Shown: positions 1 to 9,551, counted from the first letter of the stretch. The stretch: 64,000 nt of DNA from Candidatus Eiseniibacteriota bacterium (GCA_963823555.1 CAWGMA010000001.1:1760001-1824000); one strand, 5' to 3'. Notes: generated from the sequence alone by a model not told the origin. Numbers and translations: made by a program.

Positions 1-1305
1 AATGTCATCGCCATCGGCAACGGCAACGGTCGCCACTTCTCGCTCCTGAACGGGCGTTACTTCGAGGACTTCCCCAACCGCGAGGGCTGGTCGGGGAGCC
101 TGATCCAGGCGGCCGACTGGCAGGCGCACGGCCAGAACCCGGTGCTTCTCGCCGGCGTGACGCGCTCGACCGAGGGCGATTTCAAGCTCATGCGCTACGG
201 CCTCACCACCGCCCTGATGGGGGGCATCTTCAGCTTCCATTACGCCGGAGAGCATTCCTGGCCCAACCCGGTCCTCTATGACGAGTACCTCGTCGACCTC
301 GGCCAGCCCATCGGACCGCCGCGCGAGCTCGGGATCGATATCATCGGGACGGCCGATTTCGAGACCGGCCTGCCCGCCTCCTTCCCCGGCGCCTGCAGCG
401 GCGGCCAGGCCGTATGGACCACCAATCCCCAGTATGTGGTCGAGGGGAATGCCTCCCTGCTCGGCCTGTTCGGCAACGATCCGGGAGTCTGGCACCTCTT
501 CCTGTGCTCGGATCCCTCGGAGCTCGCCCTGACCCCGAATGCCACCTATACGCTGTCCTTCAAGTACCGTGTGGTGAGTGAACCGCCGGGGAACGGCTAC
601 TTCTACGTGGGGGCGCGATCGAACGTGAACCAGACCGCCTCCAACCGTAACCTCCTCATCATCGACCCGCCCGTGGGAACCGTGGGTGAGGCGCGCGGGG
701 ATGTCACTCTCGGTCCATATTCCGGCTATTACCTGTACTTCGGGATGCTGAACGGCGGCTCGATCGTCATCGATTCGATCCAGATCGTGAGCGGGCGCGG
801 CGGCATCTTCCGCCGTGACTTCGAGAACGGTGTCGCGCTCGTGAATCCGACCACCGGGCCGATGAGTGTGACTCTCGAGAGCGGTCTCTATCGCATCGAT
901 GGCACCGTGGATCCGCAGACCAACAACGGTGAGGCGACGAGCTTCGTCGTGCTTCCCGGCGCCGATGGCCTCGTTCTGATGCGCGGTCCAGCCGGCGTCG
1001 AACACCCGGGAAGCCCGGAGACCCCGCGCGCGCCGGGTCTCGTTTACGGTTATCCTAACCCAGCCCTGGTCGCGGACCACCAGTCGGTGTCGATCGCCGG
1101 GGTCCCAACGGGGGGCTCGGTCACCATCGTGGCCCCCACGGGTCGCATCCTCCGCCGCATCACGCGGCCCGACGCCACCGGCACCTGGGCCTGGGACTTC
1201 CGGACGGCGCAGGGGCGGACGGTACCCGCCGGCATCTACATGGCAGCCGTGCGAGACGCCACCAACCGCATGATCGGCACCACGCGCCTCGCCATCGGCC
1301 ACTAG
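1..1305 (+). CDS. Putative glycoside hydrolase-like secreted protein with inserted carbohydrate-binding-like module and C-terminal FlgD/T9SS-like domain (5' truncated)
   Basis: Frame is open from base 1. MRYGL..ALM..YDEY.VDLGQP and FRRDFENGVALVNP resemble putative GH (GHL15-like) proteins. The C-terminus YPNP..GRILRRI..WAWD....GRTVPAGIY is an FlgD-Ig/CTD-like signature. Confidence 0.6.
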   Translation, partial: NVIAIGNGNGRHFSLLNGRYFEDFPNREGWSGSLIQAADWQAHGQNPVLLAGVTRSTEGDFKLMRYGLTTALMGGIFSFHYAGEHSWPNPVLYDEYLVDLGQPIGPPRELGIDIIGTADFETGLPASFPGACSGGQAVWTTNPQYVVEGNASLLGLFGNDPGVWHLFLCSDPSELALTPNATYTLSFKYRVVSEPPGNGYFYVGARSNVNQTASNRNLLIIDPPVGTVGEARGDVTLGPYSGYYLYFGMLNGGSIVIDSIQIVSGRGGIFRRDFENGVALVNPTTGPMSVTLESGLYRIDGTVDPQTNNGEATSFVVLPGADGLVLMRGPAGVEHPGSPETPRAPGLVYGYPNPALVADHQSVSIAGVPTGGSVTIVAPTGRILRRITRPDATGTWAWDFRTAQGRTVPAGIYMAAVRDATNRMIGTTRLAIGH

Positions 1306-1316
1306 CGCCGCAGCCG

Positions 1317-1634
1317 CTAGACATCGACGAGGATATCGTCGATCCAGGACAGGGCCGCCATCATCCGCGGGAAACCGATCGTCGTCGTCGACAGGAGAGC
1401 GGCATGGCGGATTTCCTCCGCGCTCGCCCCGGCCTCGATCGCCTTGCGCGTATGTGAGTGAACAGCGCCCTCGTGCTGCATGCCGATCGCCACGCCGAGC
1501 TTGATCAGTGCCCGCGTACGCCCATCCAGCGGCCCGGCCGTCTGGCAGGCGGCACCGAGCGCCGTGTACGCCTCGGCGACCTTCGGCTGTTCCTCCATGA
1601 AGCGCTGATACCTTCCCGGCAGCTTGGTCCTCAT
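1317..1634 (-). CDS. Carboxymuconolactone decarboxylase/AhpD-like protein (no CxxC)
   Basis: GPLDGRTRALIKLGVAIG..HSHTRKAIEAGASAEEI..TTIGFP; GGAGG RBS before ATG at 1634. Confidence 0.85.
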   Translation of the reverse strand: MRTKLPGRYQRFMEEQPKVAEAYTALGAACQTAGPLDGRTRALIKLGVAIGMQHEGAVHSHTRKAIEAGASAEEIRHAALLSTTTIGFPRMMAALSWIDDILVDV

Positions 1635-1758
1635 GATCCCTCCTTCCGGCTGGGCCCCGGGTGCCGGCCATGGCGCGGCCGGCACCCGCGGGCGTATGGT
1701 AATCGACCATACCCCCCAACGACCAGCCGGCGCCGGCTTACGGCGCGGAAGGAGGACC

Positions 1759-2133
1759 ATGATGGCAACGAAACTCGAGACCTTCCACGCCTACCGCGAA
1801 CAGATGAATGCGCGCATTCTCGAGACCGGGAACCTCGAGACCAAGCGATTCTTCGCCCTCGATTCCCGCACCTACGAAGACGGCGCTCTCAGTGCCCGTA
1901 CCAAGGAGCTCCTTGGTCTCGTGGCCTCGGCTGTCCTGCGCTGTGACGACTGCATCACCTATCATCTGGTGCAGGCGGCGCGCGCCGGGATCACGCGATC
2001 CGAGATGGTCGAAGCGCTCAATGTGGCTCTCATCGTCGGTGGCTCGATCGTGATCCCGCATCTCAGGCGGGCCTACGAGACGATCGACGAACTGGGCGTG
2101 GAGCCGGGAACGGAGGGCGGAGGGCAAACGTAG
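1759..2133 (+). CDS. Carboxymuconolactone decarboxylase/AhpD family protein with CxxC
   Basis: GALSARTKELLGLVAS.VLRCDDCITYH; AGGAGG RBS before ATG 1759. Confidence 0.85.
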   Translation: MMATKLETFHAYREQMNARILETGNLETKRFFALDSRTYEDGALSARTKELLGLVASAVLRCDDCITYHLVQAARAGITRSEMVEALNVALIVGGSIVIPHLRRAYETIDELGVEPGTEGGGQT

Positions 2134-2265
2134 GTTCTCTGCACAACCCCACGATCCGCTGCCGCGCGGCACTCCTTGTGTTGCACGCCTCCTCTGGCCC
2201 AAGGCATACTTCGGAGTGCAAGAACGCGCCTCGAATGACACATGCAGATGAGAATCGAGGAATGG

Positions 2266-3678
2266 ATGATCTTTCGCAACTACTACCTGAGCTGTCTGGC
2301 CCACGCCTCGTACCTGATCGGCGACCGCCGGACCGGAACGGCCGCGGTGATCGATCCTCAGCGCGACATCGAGCAGTACATGGAGGACGCCGCCGCCGAG
2401 GGTCTCACCATCCGTCACGTCATCGAGACCCACCTCCACGCCGACTTCCTCTCCGGTCACCTCGAGCTCAAGGCCCGCACCGGGACCGCCACCATCCATT
2501 TCGGCGCCAAGGCGCCGGTCGAGTTCCCGTTCAATCCCCTGCACGACGGCGATGCCATCGAGATGGGCGATGTCCGCCTGGTCGCTCTCGAGACCCCCGG
2601 GCACACTCCGGAGTCGATCTCCATTCTCGTCTATGACCTGGCGAGCGATCGCGAATCGCCGTATGCCGTGCTCACGGGCGACACGCTCTTCATCGGCGAT
2701 GTCGGGCGCCCCGATCTCATGGCCGCCAAGGGGATTTCACCCGAGGAACTGGCCTCGCTCCTCTACGATTCCCTCCATCAGAAGCTCCTCACGCTCCCGG
2801 ATGCAACGCGCGTCTACCCGGCGCATGGAGCGGGATCCCTCTGCGGCCGGGCGCTCAAGGACGAGCGCGTGTCCACCATCGGCCAGGAGAGGCAGTGGAA
2901 CTACGCCTGCGCCCCGATGGAGCGCGGGGACTTCATTCGCATGATGACGAGCGATCTGCCGATGGTCCCCGCCTACTTTCCCTTCGATGCGCAGCGCAAC
3001 CGGGAGGACCGTCCGACCCTCGATCACGTGCTTGCAGGGCTTCGTCCATTGAGCCTCGACGAGGTGCTCGAGATGGTGGCGAATGGCGCCACGCTCCTCG
3101 ATGTGCGCGAGCCCGCCGAGTATGCGGCGGCGCATCTCCGTGGCTCGCTCAACGTGGGATTGAGCGGCAAGTACGCCACTTGGGCCGGATCGCTCGTCGA
3201 TCGCACGCGACCCATCGTTCTCATCACGAATCCGGGACAGGAGAAGGAAGCGGCCATCCGCCTCGGCCGCATCGGGTTCGACGAAGTCGCCGGCTTCCTC
3301 GACAGCGGGCTCGAGGCCGCCCGCGGGCACGAATCCGACCTCGTCGTGAGCGGGGACCGTCTTACGGCGAACGAGCTCCACGCCCGCCATCCGGCGCCTC
3401 TCATCCTCGACATCCGGGAACGCGGGGAGCGCGAGGCGAAGCACATCCCGGATTCCTCCTGGATCCCGCTCGGTCAGCTCCCGGAACGGCTCGGTGAACT
3501 GCCGCGGGATCGCGAGATCGCGGTCCTCTGCGCCACCGGAATGCGCTCGAGCATCGGCGCCAGCGTGCTCCGCCGCGCCGGCTTCCATCGGGTCATGGAC
3601 CTGATGGGTGGGATCGAGGGCTGGGCGCAGGCGGGGTTGCCGGTGACGACGCCGGGGACTCTCCGACCAACCGCTTGA
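2266..3678 (+). CDS. MBL-fold metallo-hydrolase (persulfide dioxygenase-like) fused to two rhodanese domains
   Basis: ETHLHADFLSG, TPGHTPE, GDTLFIGDVGRPDL, YPAHGAGSLCG; rhodanese LLDVRE / ILDIRE..CATGMRS. Confidence 0.9.
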   Translation: MIFRNYYLSCLAHASYLIGDRRTGTAAVIDPQRDIEQYMEDAAAEGLTIRHVIETHLHADFLSGHLELKARTGTATIHFGAKAPVEFPFNPLHDGDAIEMGDVRLVALETPGHTPESISILVYDLASDRESPYAVLTGDTLFIGDVGRPDLMAAKGISPEELASLLYDSLHQKLLTLPDATRVYPAHGAGSLCGRALKDERVSTIGQERQWNYACAPMERGDFIRMMTSDLPMVPAYFPFDAQRNREDRPTLDHVLAGLRPLSLDEVLEMVANGATLLDVREPAEYAAAHLRGSLNVGLSGKYATWAGSLVDRTRPIVLITNPGQEKEAAIRLGRIGFDEVAGFLDSGLEAARGHESDLVVSGDRLTANELHARHPAPLILDIRERGEREAKHIPDSSWIPLGQLPERLGELPRDREIAVLCATGMRSSIGASVLRRAGFHRVMDLMGGIEGWAQAGLPVTTPGTLRPTA

Positions 3679-5989
3679 ACCGCGGTTCGCTCCGCAAACC
3701 ATCCCACTCCGGCTCGATGCGGGCGCGCGCCTGCACGAAGGCCGGGCTATCCCGCACCGATCTCTCGAGCAGCGCCATAGCCACGTCCCTCTCGCCGCGG
3801 AGAGCGTGAGTGGCGGCCGCATAGTATCGCGTGAACGGCTCGTCCGCGCCGAGCGCCACTCGATGGGCGAAAGCCTCGAGCGCGGTGGCGAAGGCCGATT
3901 CTGCGCGCTCGCGTTCGCCAAGGGCGAGAAGCGCCGAGCCCAGGCGCATGTTGAGTTCGATCCGGATCCGAGAGCGGAGGGCGTGATCGAGACGCTCGAC
4001 GAAAGCGATCTCACTTGCGAACGCCTGTTCCGCCTCGCCGGCTCTCCCCTGCAAGGCGACCAGGTGCCCCAGCCGCATGTAGGCACCGACGATCTGGACG
4101 CCCTGCTGCCCGGAGAGGAAGGCCTCCTGCAGCTCGATCGCCCGCCGTGCCGCTCTCTCTCCCCGCGAGAAGTCGCGGAGCAGCGCGTAGCAATGAGCGA
4201 GCTGAAGCCAGTACCAGCCCGCCTGCGGGTTCCGTTCGACCGCCTGCGCGTAGAACTCTGCGGCCGCGGGGAAGTCCCCCTGTCCGATGAAGAGACCCCG
4301 CGCGACGCCAGCGAGCACTCGCGGATCCTCGGGGGCCAGGGCCAGGGCACGGCGCAGGCTCTCGAGCCCATCCTCGACCCGACCGTGCGCCACCAGCGTC
4401 ATCCCCAGCTCGCGCCAGATACGCGGGACCCGCGGGCGCAGCTCGAGGGCGCGGCGGAGGATGGCTTCAGCTCGCTCATAGAGCTCTGGAGCCACCAGGT
4501 AATCCGCCTTCTGCGTGTAGGCCGCACCGAGCTCGATCTGGGCTCGGATGTAATCGGGATCCAGCACGAGGGCACGCTCGAAGTGTTGAATGGCACGATC
4601 GAGGGACTCGTAGGTATCGGCCCGCATGTTGAGGATCCCCTTGGATAGGGCCTCGTAGGCGCTCACCACCTGCGTCTCGTCGCCCTCCTGTGCCGCAACG
4701 ACGCCCCGGCGCAAACCTGCCGACAGCTCGGCCACGACGCGATCTTGCAGATCGAAGATGGCGTCGAGGCGTCCATCCGCCTTGACCGCCCGCAGCACGC
4801 GGCCCGACTCGACCTCGACCACCCGAGCGGTCACTCGAACCTGGTCGTCCAGCCGCTGGAACGCCCCCGCCAGCACCCATCGGGCGCCTGTCATCCGTCC
4901 CAGCCGCACCGCACTCTCGGACTGCACCTCGCTCCCCTCGAGATCGAGCCGCCGCAAGCTCTCTCGCAGTCGCTCGCGCCCCCAGACGTCAAGGCCATCG
5001 ATCTCCTGCAGCGCCGCGGTGACCGTCTCGGCGATCCCGGTCCCGAGCCACTCGTCCTCGCCACGCTGCGTGAGGTTGGCAAAGCCGGCGATGGCGACGG
5101 TCAGGGTTCCGGATGCAGCGATCTCCGCGGGCGCCTCGGCGCGCAGGCGGGCAAGCTCGATATGGACCTCCCGCAGCCCGCGCGGACGCGCGGCAGGGCC
5201 CTTGGCCAGCATGCGAGCGAGAAGGCGCTCGATGTCAGGAAGGCGAGGATCGGCGATACGCCGCGGCAGCGGTTCCGGATCGCGGTGCGTGATGGCGTCG
5301 GCAAGCTGGACCACGTTCTCACCGTCGAACGGTCGCCGGCCCGCGAGCAGCTCGTAGAACACCACGCCGAGAGAGAAGATGTCCGAACGCGCGTCCGTGG
5401 GCTGACCGAGCACCTGCTCCGGAGACATGTAGTGCGGCGTCCCGGCGAATTCGTCGGGAGCGGCCGGCGCCGCGAGGCGGGTCCTCGTGGTCGCATCGAC
5501 GAGCGCAGGCAGCTTGACCTGAGCCAACCCGAAGTCGAGCACCTTGACCCGCCCCTGGGCCACCATGAGGTTCGAGGGCTTGATGTCGCGATGCACCACA
5601 CCACGTGCGTGCGCCTCGGCCAGGGCATCGGCCGCCTGCCCGATGAGATCGAGAATGTCGTCGATCGCAAGCGACTCGGATGCGGCCAGCTCGGCCAGCG
5701 TCTTCCCCGGCACGTACTCCATGGCGAGGAGACGAACGCGGCCGCCAGGAGCATCGGTCTCCTCAACGGCGTAGATGACGGCGATGTTGGGATGGCTCAG
5801 GGCCGAGGCCGCGCGGGCCTCCCCCAGGAGGCGCGACCACTCCTCCTCTTCACACCCCGGCCGCTGGCGCAGCACCTTGAGGGCCACCGGGCGATGGAGC
5901 CGGAGGTCCTCAGCGAGGAAGACCTCCCCCATGCCTCCCTGCCCGAGGGCCCGCACGATGCGGTAGTGCGAAACAGTGGCGCCGATCAT
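3593..5989 (-). CDS. Hanks-type Ser/Thr protein kinase with TolB-like middle domain and TPR repeats
   Basis: LGQGGMGEV, VALK, HRDIKPSN, DFG, GTPHYMSPE; TPR-like C-terminal half; GAGGT RBS before ATG 5989. Confidence 0.92.
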   Translation of the reverse strand: MIGATVSHYRIVRALGQGGMGEVFLAEDLRLHRPVALKVLRQRPGCEEEEWSRLLGEARAASALSHPNIAVIYAVEETDAPGGRVRLLAMEYVPGKTLAELAASESLAIDDILDLIGQAADALAEAHARGVVHRDIKPSNLMVAQGRVKVLDFGLAQVKLPALVDATTRTRLAAPAAPDEFAGTPHYMSPEQVLGQPTDARSDIFSLGVVFYELLAGRRPFDGENVVQLADAITHRDPEPLPRRIADPRLPDIERLLARMLAKGPAARPRGLREVHIELARLRAEAPAEIAASGTLTVAIAGFANLTQRGEDEWLGTGIAETVTAALQEIDGLDVWGRERLRESLRRLDLEGSEVQSESAVRLGRMTGARWVLAGAFQRLDDQVRVTARVVEVESGRVLRAVKADGRLDAIFDLQDRVVAELSAGLRRGVVAAQEGDETQVVSAYEALSKGILNMRADTYESLDRAIQHFERALVLDPDYIRAQIELGAAYTQKADYLVAPELYERAEAILRRALELRPRVPRIWRELGMTLVAHGRVEDGLESLRRALALAPEDPRVLAGVARGLFIGQGDFPAAAEFYAQAVERNPQAGWYWLQLAHCYALLRDFSRGERAARRAIELQEAFLSGQQGVQIVGAYMRLGHLVALQGRAGEAEQAFASEIAFVERLDHALRSRIRIELNMRLGSALLALGERERAESAFATALEAFAHRVALGADEPFTRYYAAATHALRGERDVAMALLERSVRDSPAFVQARARIEPEWDGLRSEPRFKRLVGESPASSPATPPAPSPRSHPSGP

Positions 5990-6052
5990 GGATACCTCTG
6001 GCGAGCAGCATAGCACCGGGTGCTCCCGCCCAAACAGGAGCCGGGATCGGGG

Positions 6053-6150
6053 TGTTTCCGCGGGAACAGGAACGGACGAAGTGTTCCCGCGGAACCCGGG
6101 CGCGTCATGTTCCAGCGGAAACAAGCCGGCCTCATGTTCCAGCGGAAACA
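6053..6150. promoter_or_regulatory. Four near-palindromic 16-bp boxes TGTTYC(C/A)GCGGRAACA upstream of the kinase gene
   Basis: 6053-6068 TGTTTCCGCGGGAACA; 6082-6097 TGTTCCCGCGGAACCC; 6108-6123 and 6135-6150 TGTTCCAGCGGAAACA. Confidence 0.6.
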
Positions 6151-6208
6151 GGCGGCCTGCCGGCGGGCCGGTTCAGTCCCCGGATGGTGCTTGGCCCTGC
6201 CTCCCTCG

Positions 6209-7201
6209 TCACTCCGTCGGATGCGGTCCGGAGATCCTTCCCTTCTCCACCGGATGGAACAGCACCTTGATCCTGCCCCATGTACCAGGCTCGACAACCT
6301 CCGGCTCCCCGCGGATGGCGAGGCTATGGTACCCGCAGGCCGCGACCGCCACGAACGCGTTCGGCGGAGGAATGTCGCACTCCCCGTCGTGATTCCGCCC
6401 CCAGGCGACGATCGAGCCATCGTCCTTGAGCCCCAGGCTGAAGTAGCCGCCGCCAATGACGGCGACGAATCCGGTGTTGGGCGCGGGCACGTTGCATTCC
6501 CCGTCCTGATTCCGCCCCCAGGCGACGATCGAACCATCGGACTTGAGGCCCAGGCTGTGATCCCAGCAGGCGCCGACTGCCACGAAATCAGCGTTGGGTT
6601 CCGGGACGTCACACTCGCCGTAGGCGTTCCGTCCCCAGGCCACGATCGTCCCGTCGGACTTGAGACCCAGGCTGTGCAACCCGCCAGCTGCGATGGCCAA
6701 GAAGCCGGCGTTCGGCGCCGGAGGGTCGCACTGGCCGTAGACGTTGAGTCCCCAACCCGCGATCGTCCCGTCCGACCTGAGAGCGACGCTGTGGAAATCT
6801 CCGGCCGCGACGGCCACAAAGCCGGCGTTCGGTGCGGGTACGTCGCACTGGCCATCGTTGTTCCGGCCCCAGGCCACGATGGCGCCGGAGGACCGGATCC
6901 CCAGGCTGTGATAGGCGCCGGCCCCGATCACCACGAAGTCGGCATTCGGGGCCGGCACATCGCACTGGCCGAACTCGTTGTCACCCCAGGCCACGACGGT
7001 GCCGCCGTTCTTGAGACCCAGGCAGTGATACACCCCTGCGGCGACCGCTGCGAAATCCGCGTTGGGCTCCGGTACATCGCCCTGGCCCCAGGAATCATCT
7101 CCCCAGGTTGCGATCGAGCCTGGGCCCTGGGCGAAGGCCAGAGCAAACTGACAGCAGCAGAGCAGTGCTGCCGTGACTGCAATCCGAGCCGTCTGACTCA
7201 T
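6209..7201 (-). CDS. Secreted RCC1/BLIP-II-like beta-propeller repeat protein with C-terminal TWGRIK motif
   Basis: Signal peptide; about 7 x 40-aa repeats WG.N..GQCDVPAPNA.FVAVAAG..HSLGLKSDG.IVA; VEPGTWGRIKVLF near the C-terminus; AAGGAGG RBS. Confidence 0.88.
   Translation of the reverse strand: MSQTARIAVTAALLCCCQFALAFAQGPGSIATWGDDSWGQGDVPEPNADFAAVAAGVYHCLGLKNGGTVVAWGDNEFGQCDVPAPNADFVVIGAGAYHSLGIRSSGAIVAWGRNNDGQCDVPAPNAGFVAVAAGDFHSVALRSDGTIAGWGLNVYGQCDPPAPNAGFLAIAAGGLHSLGLKSDGTIVAWGRNAYGECDVPEPNADFVAVGACWDHSLGLKSDGSIVAWGRNQDGECNVPAPNTGFVAVIGGGYFSLGLKDDGSIVAWGRNHDGECDIPPPNAFVAVAACGYHSLAIRGEPEVVEPGTWGRIKVLFHPVEKGRISGPHPTE
6320..7110 (-). repeat. ~120-bp intragenic tandem repeats encoding RCC1-like blades
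   Basis: Recurring ccccaggc..cgatc and caggctgtg blocks at about 120-bp spacing. Confidence 0.8.
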
Positions 7202-7387
7202 GATGCCCCTCCTTCACCGGCCACCCTCTGGGCTGGACGCCTTCACCCAGAGGTTTCACAGCGTAAAAGGGGCCAGAGTGGACTGATGCTCCACCGCGCA
7301 AGCCCATGCCGATCTAAGGTCCGCCCCACAGGACCACGGTCCCGGACACCCCGGCTGCAGCCCTTCCGACATGGGTGCGGCACGGCG

Positions 7388-9016
7388 CTAGATCCCGCCC
7401 CCCCCGCTGGTCATTCCGTTGAGGATCCGGATGACGTGAAGGAGATCTCCGGGGATCTGTTCTCTGACGGCAGCTTCGGGAACCCCGGGCCGCGCCCACC
7501 AGGGCGGCGTGGCCACCATGGGGGCAGCAGCAATCCACTCGGCGTCCCAGCACTCGGCGATCGCCACGGGCAAGAGCGTCATGTCCTGCACCGGAGCGGC
7601 TCCGCGACCAGCACCCAGCGCAGCCATGCGGACACCCGCCACCCGCTCGCGCCACCACTCGACGATGCCGCGACCTGACTGTGTGAGGCGCGGGCGCACC
7701 GCTCCCAGGCCGAGGACGAGCGCCCCGGCAACAAGGCTCGCTATGATCGCCGCCACCCAGTCCTCACCCGCGACCATCCCGGCCAGGCCACTGGTCGCCC
7801 GGCGCGCTGCATAGGTCGCGACCACCGCCCCGACGAAGACGATGGCGGCCATCAGCAGGAACGGGGACCGCGGGGAACTCATCGGCGGCTCGAGATAGCC
7901 GCCTTCGATCAACGCCGCCTCAACATCACGCGCGAGCGCCAGCGCCGCATTCTCCACGGATACATCCGGGGCCGTCAGGGCACGGCGATCGCTGCCGGCG
8001 AAGACGGCGTCCAGGAACTTGTCCTCGTACCCTGCCAGATCCGCCGCCGCGCCGCCGCGCCGACGATCCACAAGGACCGGCTCCTGCCCGTCAGGCCATT
8101 CGATGGCGACCGCTCCGCGCTCGGCAAGGTCGATCAGAAGGGCGGTGGCGTGCTCAGCATGCAGTTCCCCGTCGTGCAAGAAAGCGGCCTCAGCAGACGA
8201 CCCGCCAACTCCGGCGGCGTCAACACCGCTTCCTCTCCTGGCTGCCACGCGCCGCCTGAGCGCCAGCAGCAACGCCACACCGAGGACCGCGATCGCCACC
8301 ATCACGGGATTCCGGGTAACGAAGCGCCCGACCCGGGCCGCAAGACCCGGATGCCGCACGAGCCCTGCCGGCCAGACCACCGAGATCTCGAGTTCCTCGC
8401 TCGGAAGGAGACCGCGAGAGAGCACGAAGCGCGCGTGTTCCGCATCGACCATCTTCACATCGGCCTCACGGCTCACCCGCCCGAAGCGCGAGACCCGTGA
8501 CCCGGCATCCACCGCGTCCGGCGAGGCCCCTTCCGGGATCGCCACGTCCGCCTCGACACCAATCACGACCACGTCCCAGGCGTCGCCGGTGACTTCCCAG
8601 TGCAGCTCATCCCGCGCCGGCCCCTGCCACACGGCACCGTCGACGTCGTAGACGAGCTCATACACCTGCTCGCCAGTCGTGAACGCCTGCTCGCTCCCCA
8701 TCCACACCTGCAGGTAACGGCCGGAGCGCTCGACGCGCACCGGCCACGCCTTGCCGGAACCATCCGTCACTGCAATGAGCTTGATGGCGAGAGGCTGCCG
8801 ATTCCCTGACGCATCCATGACCACAATAGGCAGCGCCCGGCAGATCGTGTGATGCCGCTCCGGCCCGAAGTTGACGTGGATGGTCTCGACCACATGGAGG
8901 CGAGCGCCGGCTCCCACCTCGAGCTTCGCCGCGAAACGGGAGACCTCGTAGGCGCCGACCGGTCGCGCCAGCGACAAGAGCAGGAAGATGAGAAGGAAGA
9001 GGATGGCGCGCTTCAT
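7388..9016 (-). CDS. DUF2207-family predicted membrane protein
   Basis: Signal peptide, L.V.ETI.VNF, ELHWEVTGDAWDV, ALLIDLAERG, TM helices, RLT.SG, LPVAIA. Confidence 0.8.
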   Translation of the reverse strand: MKRAILFLLIFLLLSLARPVGAYEVSRFAAKLEVGAGARLHVVETIHVNFGPERHHTICRALPIVVMDASGNRQPLAIKLIAVTDGSGKAWPVRVERSGRYLQVWMGSEQAFTTGEQVYELVYDVDGAVWQGPARDELHWEVTGDAWDVVVIGVEADVAIPEGASPDAVDAGSRVSRFGRVSREADVKMVDAEHARFVLSRGLLPSEELEISVVWPAGLVRHPGLAARVGRFVTRNPVMVAIAVLGVALLLALRRRVAARRGSGVDAAGVGGSSAEAAFLHDGELHAEHATALLIDLAERGAVAIEWPDGQEPVLVDRRRGGAAADLAGYEDKFLDAVFAGSDRRALTAPDVSVENAALALARDVEAALIEGGYLEPPMSSPRSPFLLMAAIVFVGAVVATYAARRATSGLAGMVAGEDWVAAIIASLVAGALVLGLGAVRPRLTQSGRGIVEWWRERVAGVRMAALGAGRGAAPVQDMTLLPVAIAECWDAEWIAAAPMVATPPWWARPGVPEAAVREQIPGDLLHVIRILNGMTSGGGGI

Positions 9017-9064
9017 GGCCGCGCAGTATAGACCGAACGCGAGCCTGGCGCTCGGGGGCGCGAC

Positions 9065-9487
9065 CTACCGGAGCTGGCGCAGGAGCTCCATCTCCCGGCG
9101 CTCGTGATCGCTGACGGCCGCCGAGAAGTCGATGAGGCGACGCTGGATGTCCTCGCGCAGCGACTCCTCGGGACCGAGCGCGCGCTCGAAGAGAGCGGCC
9201 ATGGTCTGGCGGAACCCCTCGTGTTCGGCCGTCAGCACGTCGAATTCCGGGGCCAGGGCCGGGCGATCACCGGCCAGGAGCCGGAAGTGCCGCTCCTCGC
9301 GCTGGAAGTGACGTTCGAGCCGGGGGCTCAGATGATGCAGCTCTCCCCGCAGCCGCGCCGCCCAGGCCGAGAGATCGGGGATCTCGGCGTCGTTGTCGAC
9401 GAGCGCCATGAGCTCCCCGAGCTGCTCATAGAGATCGCGGTGCTCATCCTCGATCGCGCGCAGGATATGTTCGGACAGGATCGACAT
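9065..9487 (-). CDS. Hemerythrin (HHE) domain protein
   Basis: EH...HFQREE...EH...HERRE di-iron ligand pattern in a helical protein. Confidence 0.8.
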   Translation of the reverse strand: MSILSEHILRAIEDEHRDLYEQLGELMALVDNDAEIPDLSAWAARLRGELHHLSPRLERHFQREERHFRLLAGDRPALAPEFDVLTAEHEGFRQTMAALFERALGPEESLREDIQRRLIDFSAAVSDHERREMELLRQLR

Positions 9488-9535
9488 GCAGCAGGGCTCC
9501 CGTGCTTTTCCGATGGCTGGGATGTTCGGTTCTGG

Positions 9536-9551
9536 AGCAATGTCCGTGCCC
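9536..9551 (-). promoter_or_regulatory. Sigma54 (-24/-12) promoter for the hemerythrin gene
   Basis: Minus strand GGGCAC-GGACA-TTGCT, exact consensus spacing, about 50 nt upstream of the ATG. Confidence 0.65.

Noticed and set aside
6053..6150. Mini-CRISPR array
   Set aside because: Repeats are only 16 bp with 10-13 bp spacers, and no cas genes are present.
6320..7110. Non-coding tandem repeat or DGR
   Set aside because: The repeats are in-frame RCC1-like blades, and there is no reverse transcriptase.
7202..7290. Riboswitch in the RCC1-like gene leader (hairpin CCTCTGGG...CCCAGAGG)
   Set aside because: A single hairpin with no recognisable aptamer consensus; an Rfam scan would be needed.
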